Positions 12,636 through 25,289 of a stretch of 64,000 bases of DNA are shown piece after piece. The notes beneath the pieces were generated by a model. The model was not told the origin of the DNA. It was given only the letters and a program-made list of their open reading frames with translations, and did no database searches. Location: the NCBI RefSeq assembly GCF_009914755.1, contig NC_060929.1. One strand, written 5' to 3'. This DNA is from the human T2T-CHM13v2.0 reference genome, Homo sapiens. Position 1 is the stretch's first letter; every line of letters begins with the position of its first letter. The position numbers and the translations under genes were made by a program.

Positions 12636-13824
12636 GTTTCCCATCCCTAGACTTGGCTTTCCAGGCTGGGCGTATATCCATTGTTGCCTCTACTTATCCT
12701 AAACAAGAGAAAGGCCTGTCACAGTGTGGGCTTCCTGAGGGCTCCAGCTCCAGCTGCTCAATGGGTAGAAAGATCTGATCTCCTGTGCTAACTGAGGTTG
12801 TGGTTGCTGTGAAATGCCTTCAAGAGGAGCTTGCTGCTGCCTTTGGTTGCTGCACTACGGGACCTTCATGGGTGCTGCGCCTCAGGCCTAGACACCTTTC
12901 CAAAGCGGTCTGAGAAACACTCAACTTTTCAGATGCCAATAACACTTCACCTCCTCTGGGAAGCCCTCCTTGACCACACTCTCTTTCCTCACAGAACTGA
13001 TTGGATGCATCTCCTCTGCCCTCTGTCTGACCCTGCATTAGTGACCTTCAGATTTTGCTGTAATTATCTGCTAAGTTGGAAACTTAGAACACTCCTCCTC
13101 CCTCTGACCTCCCCTCTCCCTTCTCCCCCTCCCCCATTTTTTAGAAAGACAAACTTCAACAGTTATAGCAGATATAGTGCAGGTGTCTGTGTCCAAATCC
13201 CACCATCTGCCTCTTGCTTCTCCCCCATTCCTTCACTCACTCACTGTCTTTCTCCCAAAAAGTAGCACCAGCGAGATTTCCTGGAAAATATGGCCACAAA
13301 AACTGATCTTGAAGCCTTGTAAACAAATCCCAAACTCAGCAAGTCCTTGGCAACAGGCCTGAACTCATTTGAAAAAACCAGTGGTCATCATCTTTAAAGT
13401 CAATTTCATCACACCAAGAAGACTTAAGTTACCATTTACAGATGAGGGCAGCTGTTCCTGGGACCTGGCCACACTCTGTGTCATAGTCCCTGAGACACGC
13501 CCAGGGCTCTGTTCCTACATCTGAATGAATCAACATAAGCAAGACTTGCTAGCTCTATAGCAAATCACACCCATTCTCACAGGCCTTTCAGGAGGGATGT
13601 CCTCTCCCTCACTCCACTATGGAATAGGGTGGTCCTGCCTCATTCCAGACCCAGGGTCCTCCCAGTCCCTCTAGAGCCATCCTGATCCTCCCTCACCCTG
13701 AGATCTCACACTCTAAAGCCTAAAGACAGTGGAGCAGCCTCAATACCCTCCAGTTTACTCCCATGAGGCACTGGGCGCACCATGGTCAATTATGTAAATG
13801 AACTTCCCCAAGGGGTAGATTTTA

Positions 13825-14180
13825 GGCCTTACTGTGTGCCAGGCAATTATGTTGATGACTGCCATTTATTGAGAGTTAATTATACTTTCTGAAAAACTTA
13901 CTTTATTTTTGATATGAAAAACGGACAATGAAGGATCTCTCCAAGGTCCTCCGTCCAGAAATGTTACAGAGACTCAAGCCCAAGTGACTGGGCTCCAGAA
14001 TGTGGGAACTAACAATTGTGCTATGACACCGTCTCAACTTTGGTTCCTTTAATATTCATAAGAGTTGTAGGAGGTGAGACATGGTCAGAGAGGTTCATAG
14101 CTTCCAAGAGGGGTCAGAGCTAGGAAGTGGCAGAACGAGGCGTTGAGCTCAGGGCTGGCTGAGTCCAGGTCCACAGCTCC
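13825..14180 (-). mobile_element. MIR fragments
   Basis: CTTACTGTGTGCCAGGC, CATTTATTGAG, CTCAAGCCCAAGTGACTGGGCTCCAGA, GGAAGTGGCAGAAC. Confidence 0.55.
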
Positions 14181-14554
14181 CTCCTGGCCCATGTGCCTTG
14201 GTCCCAGCCTCTGTCATCTGCCTGCCAGTGGTGACGGGCTTACCCATGAATGCATCTGCTCTTCCGTCTGTGAACAGCACAAACAGTTAATTTCCCCCAG
14301 ACTGATCACTTTTGTCTAACATCTGGTGCTTGGCGAGCAACACTTGTGTCTCCTTCAAGGGCAACCTACTCTGGTAAAGGTTTTCAGCTCTTCCTCAAAG
14401 CTGGTTGAAGGATCTTCATATGAGAGAGGGGAGCTGGGACTGGGTTAGAAAGGGACTTGGCCAAGAGGAAACCCCAAATCTCCAACTTCCATCCAGGACT
14501 CTTTGCTTGAACCATCAAATGTCTTTGTTTGCTTACTTGTTCATTGGCCACCAA

Positions 14555-14790
14555 ATCAGACAAACCCTGAGTCTAGAGCAGAGCACAGTGCACTGTAGTT
14601 GTAGAATATTTATCAAATGAAAGAATGAAACCAGCATCCATCCATCAAACATCTGAGGCACACCTATTCTGCATTTGACCTTGTGCAAGGCATGGAGAGG
14701 AATACCGCGTGGTCTCTGCCCTCCAGAAACACTCAGGAGCTCACATTCCAGGAAAGGAAGGTAAGTAGACACTTGTCGCCTAGTGCAATA
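14555..14790. mobile_element. L2 3' end fragments in both orientations
   Basis: ATATTTATCAAATGAAAGAATGAA followed by CATCCATCCATCAAACATCTGAGGCACCTATTCTG. Confidence 0.5.
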
Positions 14791-15717
14791 AATTAGTAGG
14801 CGTGAGGGAAGTCAGTGCGGGTCACAGTGAGTTAACAAATGGTCCAGAGTACAGGCTACATGCCTGGCCTGCTGAATGGAAGGGAGATTAATTAATTACT
14901 CAGACTCTGCCTGCCAAGTTGTATGGAACTCTGCTTGATCTCTGACCCTCTCGCTTTAAATACTGCCCTTAAGTCATATATTCTGAGAAAGAAAGAGTCA
15001 TCTCCCCAACTTCAGACGAGGAAATAGAACAGAGCCCCAAGATCTGTCTTGGTTCTTTCCTTGCTAACAGGCCCTCTGAGTAAATCCGAGTAAAAAATTA
15101 ATCAGACCTCACTAATAGGGGCTGTGTTTTTGGCTGGGTAATAGAATGTGCTGAGTGCTGCGGCCGCCGCCGCGCCCCCTCCGCAGCTGCATCCCCAGTA
15201 GGTCTGTAATGGGGCTTGAAGGAGAAAGTCTCAGACATCTGCCGTCAGGCTGCAAATTTGTTTTCTTTGGTAACCTTGACTCCAGACTGATGGGTTGATT
15301 TGGCAGTTCCTGCCTCTGGGGGACAGAGGCTGCTCTCAGGAAGCTGGTGGGGGCTCTAGGATGTGGGACTGAGACAGGGCTGAGCTGTTAGGGACCAAGA
15401 CACACCCAGCTTAGCACACGGCGTGCCTGGCTCCTCCAAACTCATCACAGCCCCCTTGTTGCCATGCAACGGAGGCTTCTTCCACTCCAGGCCACTGTGC
15501 ACCCACAACCCGTCTTGAGGGCTGGCAGACCTGGGTTCAGAGCCTGTCTCTACCACTCCACCAGTCAGGTGATCTTGACCGGTCCCTTCCCTTCTAAGTT
15601 GAGGTGAAATCATTTACAGAATGGGCATGACAATAACATATTTTTTATAAAGCAAAATATCAGAAGCTATCCAAATTTGATTTAAGAATTTCATACTCCA
15701 AAACCACATATACACGT

Positions 15718-15718
<1 letters not shown>

Positions 15719-15763
<45 letters not shown>

Positions 15764-15803
15764 GCACACACACAAACACACACACGCACACACACACACA
15801 CAC
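15719..15803. repeat. Interrupted (CA)n microsatellite
   Basis: About 85 bp of CA repeats with CAAA and CG interruptions. Confidence 0.95.
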
Positions 15804-15807
15804 AGGA

Positions 15808-16050
15808 CCATGCAAAGATATTCACCGAATCTTTGTCTTATAATGGCAAGGAATGGAAAAAAATGTAATGTTCACCAATAGACGGTGACTAAAAATTTTG
15901 GGGTGTCCATGTTATGGATTATTTTGCTGCTGTTCAAAAGTACAAGGTAGTCCTATGTGTTCTGACAAGGAAATATTTCTACAGTGTATCATGAACTTGG
16001 GAAAAGCACGTCTCAGATCGATATCTGTAATTTGACTTTCTTATGAAAAC
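15808..16050 (+). mobile_element. Old L1M (L1ME-like) fragment
   Basis: ATGCAAAGATATTCACCG...TATAATGGCAAGGAATGGAAA...ATGTTCACCAATAG resembles the L1 ORF2 end/3'UTR. Confidence 0.6.
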
Positions 16051-17229
16051 AAAACAAAATCTCCCAAACCCAACATATCAGAAAACTGGATGTAAAATGA
16101 CCAGTGAAGGGGAGACCTCGGGCTGGTTCTGCTCAGTCCCACCTGCCTGTTGATGGAGGGCCTTTTGGTCTCTCCCACAGCCTCCCTGCCGTCTTTCAGT
16201 TCCTGCAAGAAGTGGGAGAGGTGCTCATGAGGGTCCAAGGAGGTTGAGGGGGTGGTGGTCTGCCCAGGTAAGTCAGATGGGAGCTAAGCAGTGCTGGGGC
16301 TGGTGCGATGTTGATGGATGCCATGTGAGCTGGCAGGGATGGGTGCTCCTGTTTCACCCACAGCAAGCACAGCTGGCCCCCCCCACTCCTTGGCACTGCT
16401 GATAAACAGCACCCCCTGTTATAGAAACTGGACTGTCCAGGGGGCCACACCAGGTCCAGGTGAAGGCACCACTCATGCGGGTGGAAGAGGGTGGCCTCCA
16501 AGGCCAGTGCCCCTGGGTCTGGCTTCTTGTCCTGGGCTCTCTCTGAGCCTCCGCTTTGCTATCCTTCTTGTCACCTCTTTTGTCCTTTCTCCTTTCCCTC
16601 CTTCCCTGTATCCTCCTTGATACAGCAACTTCAGGAAGGGGAAAATTGGCTGTGACAATGCATCTTTATCTTTTGTACCTTTGCAATCGGATCTAGGATT
16701 TGGAAATTTGAAAGCTAAGATCTGAATACATTTATTCCCTGTTCTTTTGTGAGGATCTACCCTGCAGTTAAGGGATGTTTCAAATTAAATCGTGTGAAAG
16801 GAGGATGGCCACTCAATAACATAAAGGGAAGGGGGATACATTCTGATTAGAAAACCAGAATGTTATAACTACTGCTACTGCTGCTTATTGAGATTTACCA
16901 CACACAGACTAAGGTGCACACCTCTTTTGCCCCTTCTTGGTGACCCCAACAAAGCGATTCCCTTGCCTGCTTCCTGCATCTTTCATCTCGTAGACACTTG
17001 AGTTTCATAATCCATTCATGGTCATTATCACGTATTGTCAGCTCTCAGCGTTCAAACAAAACCCTCAGCTCTACTTTCTCTAATTAAGATAAATTGCTGG
17101 ATATTTGGACGCTATCAGAAAATGTGGCTCCCCACTGCCTGCTTATGAGAAAGAGGGGCAGGGTGAACCCTGGAGCTTACAGCTGTGATTTCTTCCTCCC
17201 TAGCTCCTGGATCCCTTCATGTCATCCTC

Positions 17230-17450
17230 CTAGTATCCTATTCCTGCACCCACACTCTGCATCTCCCTCCTCCACAACCCTCACCTGGCAATTCTTCCCA
17301 GAGCAGCCGGAGACTTCTTTTCCAGGCAGACACCAGATCATGTGACTTCCATGAAAACCCTTCCATCTCCCTAGCAGCTTAGGATAAAGGTCAGAATCCT
17401 CAGCTGTCTTCTCCCACCCGCGACCCGTGCCACAAGCACCCCCTGCCCCA
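17230..17450 (+). mobile_element. L2 fragment
   Basis: TTCTTCCCAGAGCAGCCGGAG...CAGATCATGTGACTTCC...AAAACCCTTCCA...AGGATAAAGGTCAGAATCCT. Confidence 0.65.
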
Positions 17451-18109
17451 TAACCCCCTACCAAATGACTTCCTCTCTGTCTGCAATCGCCAGGCTGTCT
17501 CCCACTCAGGGTTTCTTGGTAAGGGATCCAAGGGACATCATCCCACTTTGGGACCCAATGCTCCCACTCCCCAGCCAAGTGCCACCTTACAGTGACACTT
17601 TCTGCAATTGCCAGGCTATCCCTAATGCAGTTGAAGCCCTGAGACCTCAAGGGGTGGAGGCAGCTGGAATTGGTAGCACAGCAGTTTGGATGCAGGCACC
17701 TGAACTAGCTTTTGAGTGTGTGTTGTTGTGATAGTGGAAGCTTATTTGTGCTCCAGCAACCACCTAACCTCTCTAAATAAGAGAAAATATTCTCTGGGTG
17801 GCCCCCAAGAGGGAGGCCTGATGGCACCTCTCACTCACAGCCCAAGGAAGCTGGACACACACCTTCTGCTGGTTGGACCTCCAAATCAGCAAGGAAGGGC
17901 CCGATCCCCTAAGGGTCCTAAGGCTGCTGTGGAGACCGCGCACTGTCTGCAGAGTGAGAGATGCACCTCTTTGGCTGGGGAGCCTCTTCTTTGTTCCCCA
18001 GAATATGTGGCAAGCTGGGAGGCTGCACGGAAGCTTGTTTATGCTTCCTCCGTACTCCATCTGTCTATGGACAAAGGCCACACTGTCCATCTTGGAAACC
18101 AGAATATTT

Positions 18110-18385
18110 GTCCTGGAGCAGACAGGACTCTCGTGCCTGCCAAAGTCCCCTTGACCTTGAAAATTTCTCCCCACCAGAGCCCTTGCCCCGGCTTCGTGGA
18201 CTTTTCTTTCACCGTGCTTATCGTGGATTGCAGCCACGCACGTGTCTGTGTGATGATTCGATACCCGTCTGTCTCTCTCACTAGGCCATAGTGTCGTAAG
18301 AGCACTTGGTACACTTGTCTTTAGCTTGGAGCCTTGCACATAGGAGGTCTCATTAAGCATTTGTTAATTAAATGAGTGAGTGAGT
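18110..18385 (+). mobile_element. L2 3' end
   Basis: GCCTTGCACATAGGAGGTCTCATTAAGCATTTGTTAATTAAATGAGTGAGTGA terminus. Confidence 0.65.
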
Positions 18386-18764
18386 TACTGACCAAAGAGG
18401 CTGCTGATGGCTGAGTGACTCCACCTCTTGAAGTTTCAGCCCCTTCATCTGTCAAATGGACAAGGTAATGGTTCCTGCCTCACTGGTTATTGTGAGCACC
18501 AAATCCTAAACTTCCAGACAGATTGGCCAAATTAAGCATTAAACAAGTCATGTTGAGCCTGTGCTATGCCCCCTTGTGCTGGGCATAATTTTATTTCTTC
18601 CCCTTCCTGCTCTCCTTCAGCCCTAGGCTGCACTTCTTACCCCATGGGAGTTTGTAACCAAGAATCTACATTTCTGCTCCCATGCAACAGATGAAGCTCT
18701 CTAAAACGTGACATTGTTAGGCTGACTTCGCCAGGACAGCACATCTTTTTAATAACGACAAGAT

Positions 18765-18965
18765 GGGCCACCATTTATTAAGCACTGACTGTATTCTGGG
18801 GCTCTATGTACACCATCTCATTTAATCCTCACGTCAACCCAAGAGGATAAGGAAATCATTATTTCTAGTGTCAGTAGGGAAACATGGACTGGAAGGGATA
18901 AAGGAATCTTCCCAGGGTTGCATGGCTGGCAAGTGCCCAAGGTGGGAGTCAGCTCCAGGTCTGCC
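18765..18965 (-). mobile_element. MIR
   Basis: CATTTATTAAGCACTGACTGT...CATCTCATTTAATCCTCAC. Confidence 0.75.
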
Positions 18966-20264
18966 CACCAGTCATCGGAGGGCCAAGGCTGTGTCTTATT
19001 CTTCTCTGTACTCTATCTTCCTAGACTAACAGGCAAAGAGAATTTCTGGGCACAACTGGATGCCAGAATGTGGTTTGCTTAGGAAGGATGGGGCAGCTCT
19101 CACTTCGAGGCAAGCTCTGCAGCATGGTCTGAATACACAGTAGGGACAGGGCTCCTCATGTCCCTCCTGGGGGACAAGCCTGACCTTCAGCAGCTCATGT
19201 GGCCCCTCTACCGAGCCTCCACTTCCTCCCTGGGGACTATGGTAATTAATAATATACTCTGTGTCCCTGAGCTCTGGTATTCTCGCGTCTAAAATGCGAG
19301 TAACATTACTTTGGGTTAATCAAGGGAAGCTTTTAAGGCACTGAATAAATCACAGGACTTGAAAATGCTGACTCCTTTTCTTGATCTTCAACCTGGCCGC
19401 TTTTCTTTTTCTCACACATAAATGAAAAGCTACATTAATATTAAAGCTCACATTACTTTGTCCAACATCTGTGAATATGGACCAGCCAGCTGTGCTGCTA
19501 GCACCCTCTCACCCCCACATGGAGGATTTCGGAGGCGTGCACACAGGTTTGCTCTGCGGCAAACCTCACCCGCTTGCCTTGGGAGCCCACTGAGCCCCCA
19601 GGTGACCTCAGCATCTCAGTTCTGGCTTGGAGGCATTTTAGGGTATGGGAGGGAACTCTTAATTATAGAATTATAGACATCTGAGATTTCCTAAAATGGC
19701 CAAGAACCCCCAAATGACCAAGCAGAGCATCCCTGTGTCCCCATCGACCCAGCCAGCTCTTTTCCTTTTGGCCTCAGGGATGTGGTGTCCCAGCAGTCCC
19801 ACCAGAGCAGGTGCCCTGATGCTCTCTGAGAGGAGCCACCTACATTACAGCCCCAACTGTGGATGACATAGGGCCTTCCAGAGTGCTCCGAACCCGGGGC
19901 TCCTCAGGCTTCTCAGGTGGGATGGGGATAGGCTGCCAATCTTTTTGCAAGAAGCTGCCACAACAGGCCCATGACCTTGAGGCCTCCTGTTCCCACTGCC
20001 CTACTGGGGGTGTGAAGGGGAGCTAGCTGGGGTCTCATCTACATTGTCATTTTCCAGCCCCGAGAGGAGGTGTCCCACATGCTCATCACTGCCGTGCTGA
20101 GCAGGCCTTTCTGAGTGGGATCCTGTGCTGGTCTAGAGCAGGTGCTAGAAACCTGAACCAGAGTTGCATGCACTGCCAGACCAGGGCCTCGTCCTTTGTC
20201 CAGCCCTTTCTATGTGTTAGAGGCTATGATGCACATCTGAAAGCATGATGGCAATCAGAACCAC

Positions 20265-20630
20265 CATGAGACTGGAACGCGTGCTCCCTGAGCGCTGGGA
20301 CTCGCCTTATTCCCTGGTGTCTCCCAGGATCCTCCTCAGTGCTTTGCACACTGTAGGCGCTCATGAATGTGGAGCCCTTGAGCAGAAATGGTGCTGATGA
20401 AGTGCTGGGATGGTGAAGGCATTGTGCTGCGCTCCTCACTGCCCCAGTTCATCGAACCCACCCGACAACAACCACACCAGGCAAGCAATATTTCCCACCA
20501 TGTTACAGAGGGGAAACAGAGCCATAGAGAGGTTGGTCCAGCTGCCAGGGGCACACAGCATGTGCATGGCCAGACCAGGATTCAAAGCTGCCTCTGTCAA
20601 CACCAAAGCCTGACTGCTGAGCCACACTCC
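20265..20630. mobile_element. L2 3' end (+) followed by MIR (-)
   Basis: GCACACTGTAGGCGCTCATGAATGT, then CCATGTTACAGAGGGGAAACAGAG...CCAGGATTCAAAGC. Confidence 0.6.
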
Positions 20631-20949
20631 CTCCCAGGCTCATCCCTCCTCCCAGAATGGATGCCTGGCACTCACTACGGCTTGAGTTACAACAGGCCCA
20701 AGTTGTGGTGGGAATGCAGGAGAGGAAAGGGTTAATTCTGCCTAGTGCAGGGAGAAGTCAGAGACCTGGAAAGCCAGGAAGTGACATTTGATCTGTGTGG
20801 CTTCTCTGTCATTAGCTTCCTTCCATGCTGGCATTGGTTTAATTCGAATTCATTAAATGAGAATAAAAATTAATTGAAATCATTTGAGCAAGTGTTAAAA
20901 GGCTCAAGTCTTGCCTGGAGTAATAAAGTACAAAATGCATCTATAGCCT

Positions 20950-21975
<1,026 letters not shown>

Positions 21976-22312
21976 CAATAGCTTTCCCAACCAGCTTTAA
22001 TTTTCCTGTCTGTTACTGTAGGTTCTAAGGTTTAGGACGTCTTCACCTGTCTCAGAGTTATTGAAGCTTCTTATTCTGTGAATTTCTCTATTATTTGATG
22101 GTGATACTCTGGAGAAGCTGCAGCTAGAGATGGAGTACCTCTGCCATCTGGATGGTTCTGGGGAAAGCCACTGGGTTCTGTTCACAACTCATCAGTGGAT
22201 TCCCTGAAAACCAGCAACTGGCCTAGACTTTGCCAGGCAGGTAGAGGCTGTGGAGGGGAGAGCCCAGACATTCACAGTTCACACACCTGCCCTCCAATCT
22301 CAGCTCCTCCAC

Positions 22313-22688
22313 TGTTATGGGCTGAATCATGTTCCCCAAAATTCATATGTTGGGGTCCTAACCCCCACACCTCAGAATGGAACTATATTTGGAGATAGGG
22401 TCTTAAAGAAGGTAACTGAGCTAAAGAAAGTGGGCCCTTGTCCAATAGGACTGAGTCCTTATATAGAAGGAAAATCTGGACACAGAGACACACAGAGGAA
22501 AGACCATGAGAAGACCCAGAAAAGATAGCCAGCCACAAGCCAAGGAGAGACGCCAGGAACACATTTTTCTTCACGACCTTGAAAAGGAACCAACCCAATG
22601 ACATCTTGATCATGGACATCTGGCCTCAGAACAGCGAGACAGTAAATTTCTGTTGTTCTTTGTCTGACAGCCCTAGGAAACCAATACC
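22313..22688 (+). mobile_element. MLT1B/C MaLR solo LTR inserted in a MIR
   Basis: TGTTATGGGCTGAATCATGTTCCCCAAAATTCATATGTTG...CAGCCCTAGGAAACCAATAC. 5-bp TSD TCCAC/GCCAC. Confidence 0.85.
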
Positions 22689-22949
22689 GCCACTGAGTGG
22701 ACAGCGCCCTGGGCAAGGTGCTTCACCTGTGGAGGCTGTTTTCTCATCTGCAGAAGGGGGATATTGACCCCTTCCTCACAGATGACTGCAAGAGCCTGGC
22801 TCATGCCCGCAGTTTAAGGCTTTAAGCGTGAGAGGTAGCCCCCACCCACTCCATGGTGGACCCAAAGGACCTCAGTTCAGATCCTGAGAAGGAATTTGCT
22901 TCAATCACCTGAGAGATTTGCTCAGTGTCTCACACATCCACAGCCAAGG

Positions 22950-23095
22950 CCACGCAGCAGAGTGAACGCTGGATGCCTGGGCTCCCACTTACTTCTGCCA
23001 TCAAATGAAGGCTTATTAGCCTTTCTGAGCTTTAGTTTTCTCATCTGTGCAATGAGGAAGAGAGTGGATGCAATGATCTCTAAGGATGCTCTGAC
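22950..23095 (+). mobile_element. MIR (MIR3/MIRc-like)
   Basis: CCTTTCTGAGCTTTAGTTTTCTCATCTGTGCAATGAGG...GATCTCTAAGG. Confidence 0.6.
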
Positions 23096-24294
23096 TAATA
23101 TTCTATCATTTGCTTTGAGGAAGGTAATCAGATGAATATATTCATTCTCTGCAAATGAGGGCAACGCCCATACATGAGATCACAGTTTTTTTCCTAATGC
23201 TGCTGCTTCCTTGGAAAGTGGTTCCTAGAAGAACAGCTTGGAAGGGGAAACCATAAACTGATCTATGAAGATAGTAAACCAGTCTTTCTAAAGAAATCAG
23301 TGATTTACCTGTAGCTAGCTGCCGTACTTACTACAATTGTCCCTGAATTCTATTATCTGGAGGTGGGCTAAGAAATGGCAATATTTCTCTCAAGCCTATC
23401 ATGGACAAAAAATATCGAGTTCACTACTACAAACATATACCAGGCACCTACTGAGTGTCAGGGGTGGCACTGGGCCCAGGACCATTCTGCCCCAGCACAA
23501 CGTCCCAGCCCTGCCCTATGCCAACCATCAGGCTTTGGCTGAGTTGCTCCACGTTTCTAAGTGTCAGTTTCTTTGTTTGCTAAATACCTTTTATAATAAC
23601 ATCTACTTCACAGGACTGGAGAGACCCAAGGGGGTAGGGTTTGTAAAGGCTCTAGCCTGGATCCAAGCTCCAGAGAGGGTCGCTCTGTTATTGGCATGAC
23701 GTCATGTCTTCGCCAGTGACCATCCTAAGGACCAGGCTCGAGCACATCCTTTTGGGAGTGCTAGGATCTAATTAGTGTCTGGGGCCTGCTGCTGCCATTT
23801 CTGGCTTGGTCTGAGTCATCATCAATTATCCGGCAGCCGGGGGCCAGAGCAGAGCCTGGCAAGGAAGGACGGAGCATCTAAGGATGGGGACCGCCTGACT
23901 GCCACCTGGGCACCTTGTCACAGTGCAAGGGCAGGAGTGAAAATGGCCCAGGTCTGAACAAAGTATCTGTCCCCTTGGACAGGCCAGGTTTCCCTTCTGG
24001 AAATGGGAATGGGGTGATCTCTTCAGCCCCTGCCTGGGCTATCATGCTGGGACTCTAGCTAGCTTGTCTCCATGAAAGGTTTAGAAATTAGGTGTAAAAA
24101 ATATTTTCATCGTGATAAAATACACGTTAAAGTAAAATTTTCCTTTTAAATCATTTTAGTCGTTGTTGGAAAAATTACTGTATTTTCTTGAAGACACAAT
24201 ATACATATTTCATAAGTTAATGTTTGAACAGGTAGGACTGCTCTTTCAAAGAATGTCTCCATTTTAATGTGATATTGTTTCTTGTTATCTTTAT

Positions 24295-24948
24295 TTAGGT
24301 TTTATTTTCTTTTTTCAACCTTCATTTTAGATAGAGGGGGTGCATATGCAAGTTTGTTACGTGGATATATTGCACCAGCTTGTGAACACAGGACTCAATA
24401 GGTACTGTTGACCCATGCTCCCTTCCTCCCTCCCGCCTCTAGAGTCCTCAGTGTCTACTGTTCCTGTGTTATGTCCATGGGTGCTGAATGTTTAGCTCCC
24501 ACTTATAAGTGAGAACAGGCAGTATTTGGTTTTCTGTTCCTGCATTAATTTGCTTATAATTATAGCCTCCAGCTGCATCCATGTTGCTGCAAAGGACATG
24601 ATTTCCTTCTTTTTTAAGGCTGCGTAGTATTCCATGGTATATATGGACCACATTTTATTTATCCGGTCCACCATTGATGGGCACGTAGTTTGATTCCATG
24701 TCTTTGCTATTGTGAATAGTGCAGCAATGAGCATGAGTGCATGAACAGGAGTCTTTTGATAGAATGATTTATTTTCCTTTGGGTATATACCCAGTAATGG
24801 GATTGCTGGGTTGAATGGTAGCTATGTTTTAACCTCTCTGAGAAATCTCCAAACTGCTTTCCACAGTGGTTGAACTAATTTACCTTCCAACCCACAGTGT
24901 ATAAGCATTCCCTTTCCTCTGCAGTCTCACCAGCATCTTTTGGTTTTT

Positions 24949-24950
<2 letters not shown>
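24295..24950 (-). mobile_element. 5'-truncated L1PB/old L1PA 3' end (copy 1)
   Basis: ORF 24492-24734 MLIAALFTIAKTWNQTTCPSMVDRINKMWSIYTMEYYAALKKKEIMSFAATWMQLEAII is the L1 ORF2 C-terminus; L1 3'UTR and T-rich tail follow. Confidence 0.9.

Positions 24951-24953
<3 letters not shown>

Positions 24954-24997
<44 letters not shown>
24954..24997. repeat. (TG)~22 microsatellite at an Alu tail
   Basis: Pure TG run replacing the poly-T tail. Confidence 0.95.
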
Positions 24998-25277
<280 letters not shown>

Positions 25278-25289
25278 GTGTGTGTGCTT

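Noticed and set aside
17716-18360. Overlapping 191-aa (+) and 195-aa (-) ORFs
   Set aside because: No recognisable homology, partly L2-derived, and consistent with chance in GC-moderate DNA.
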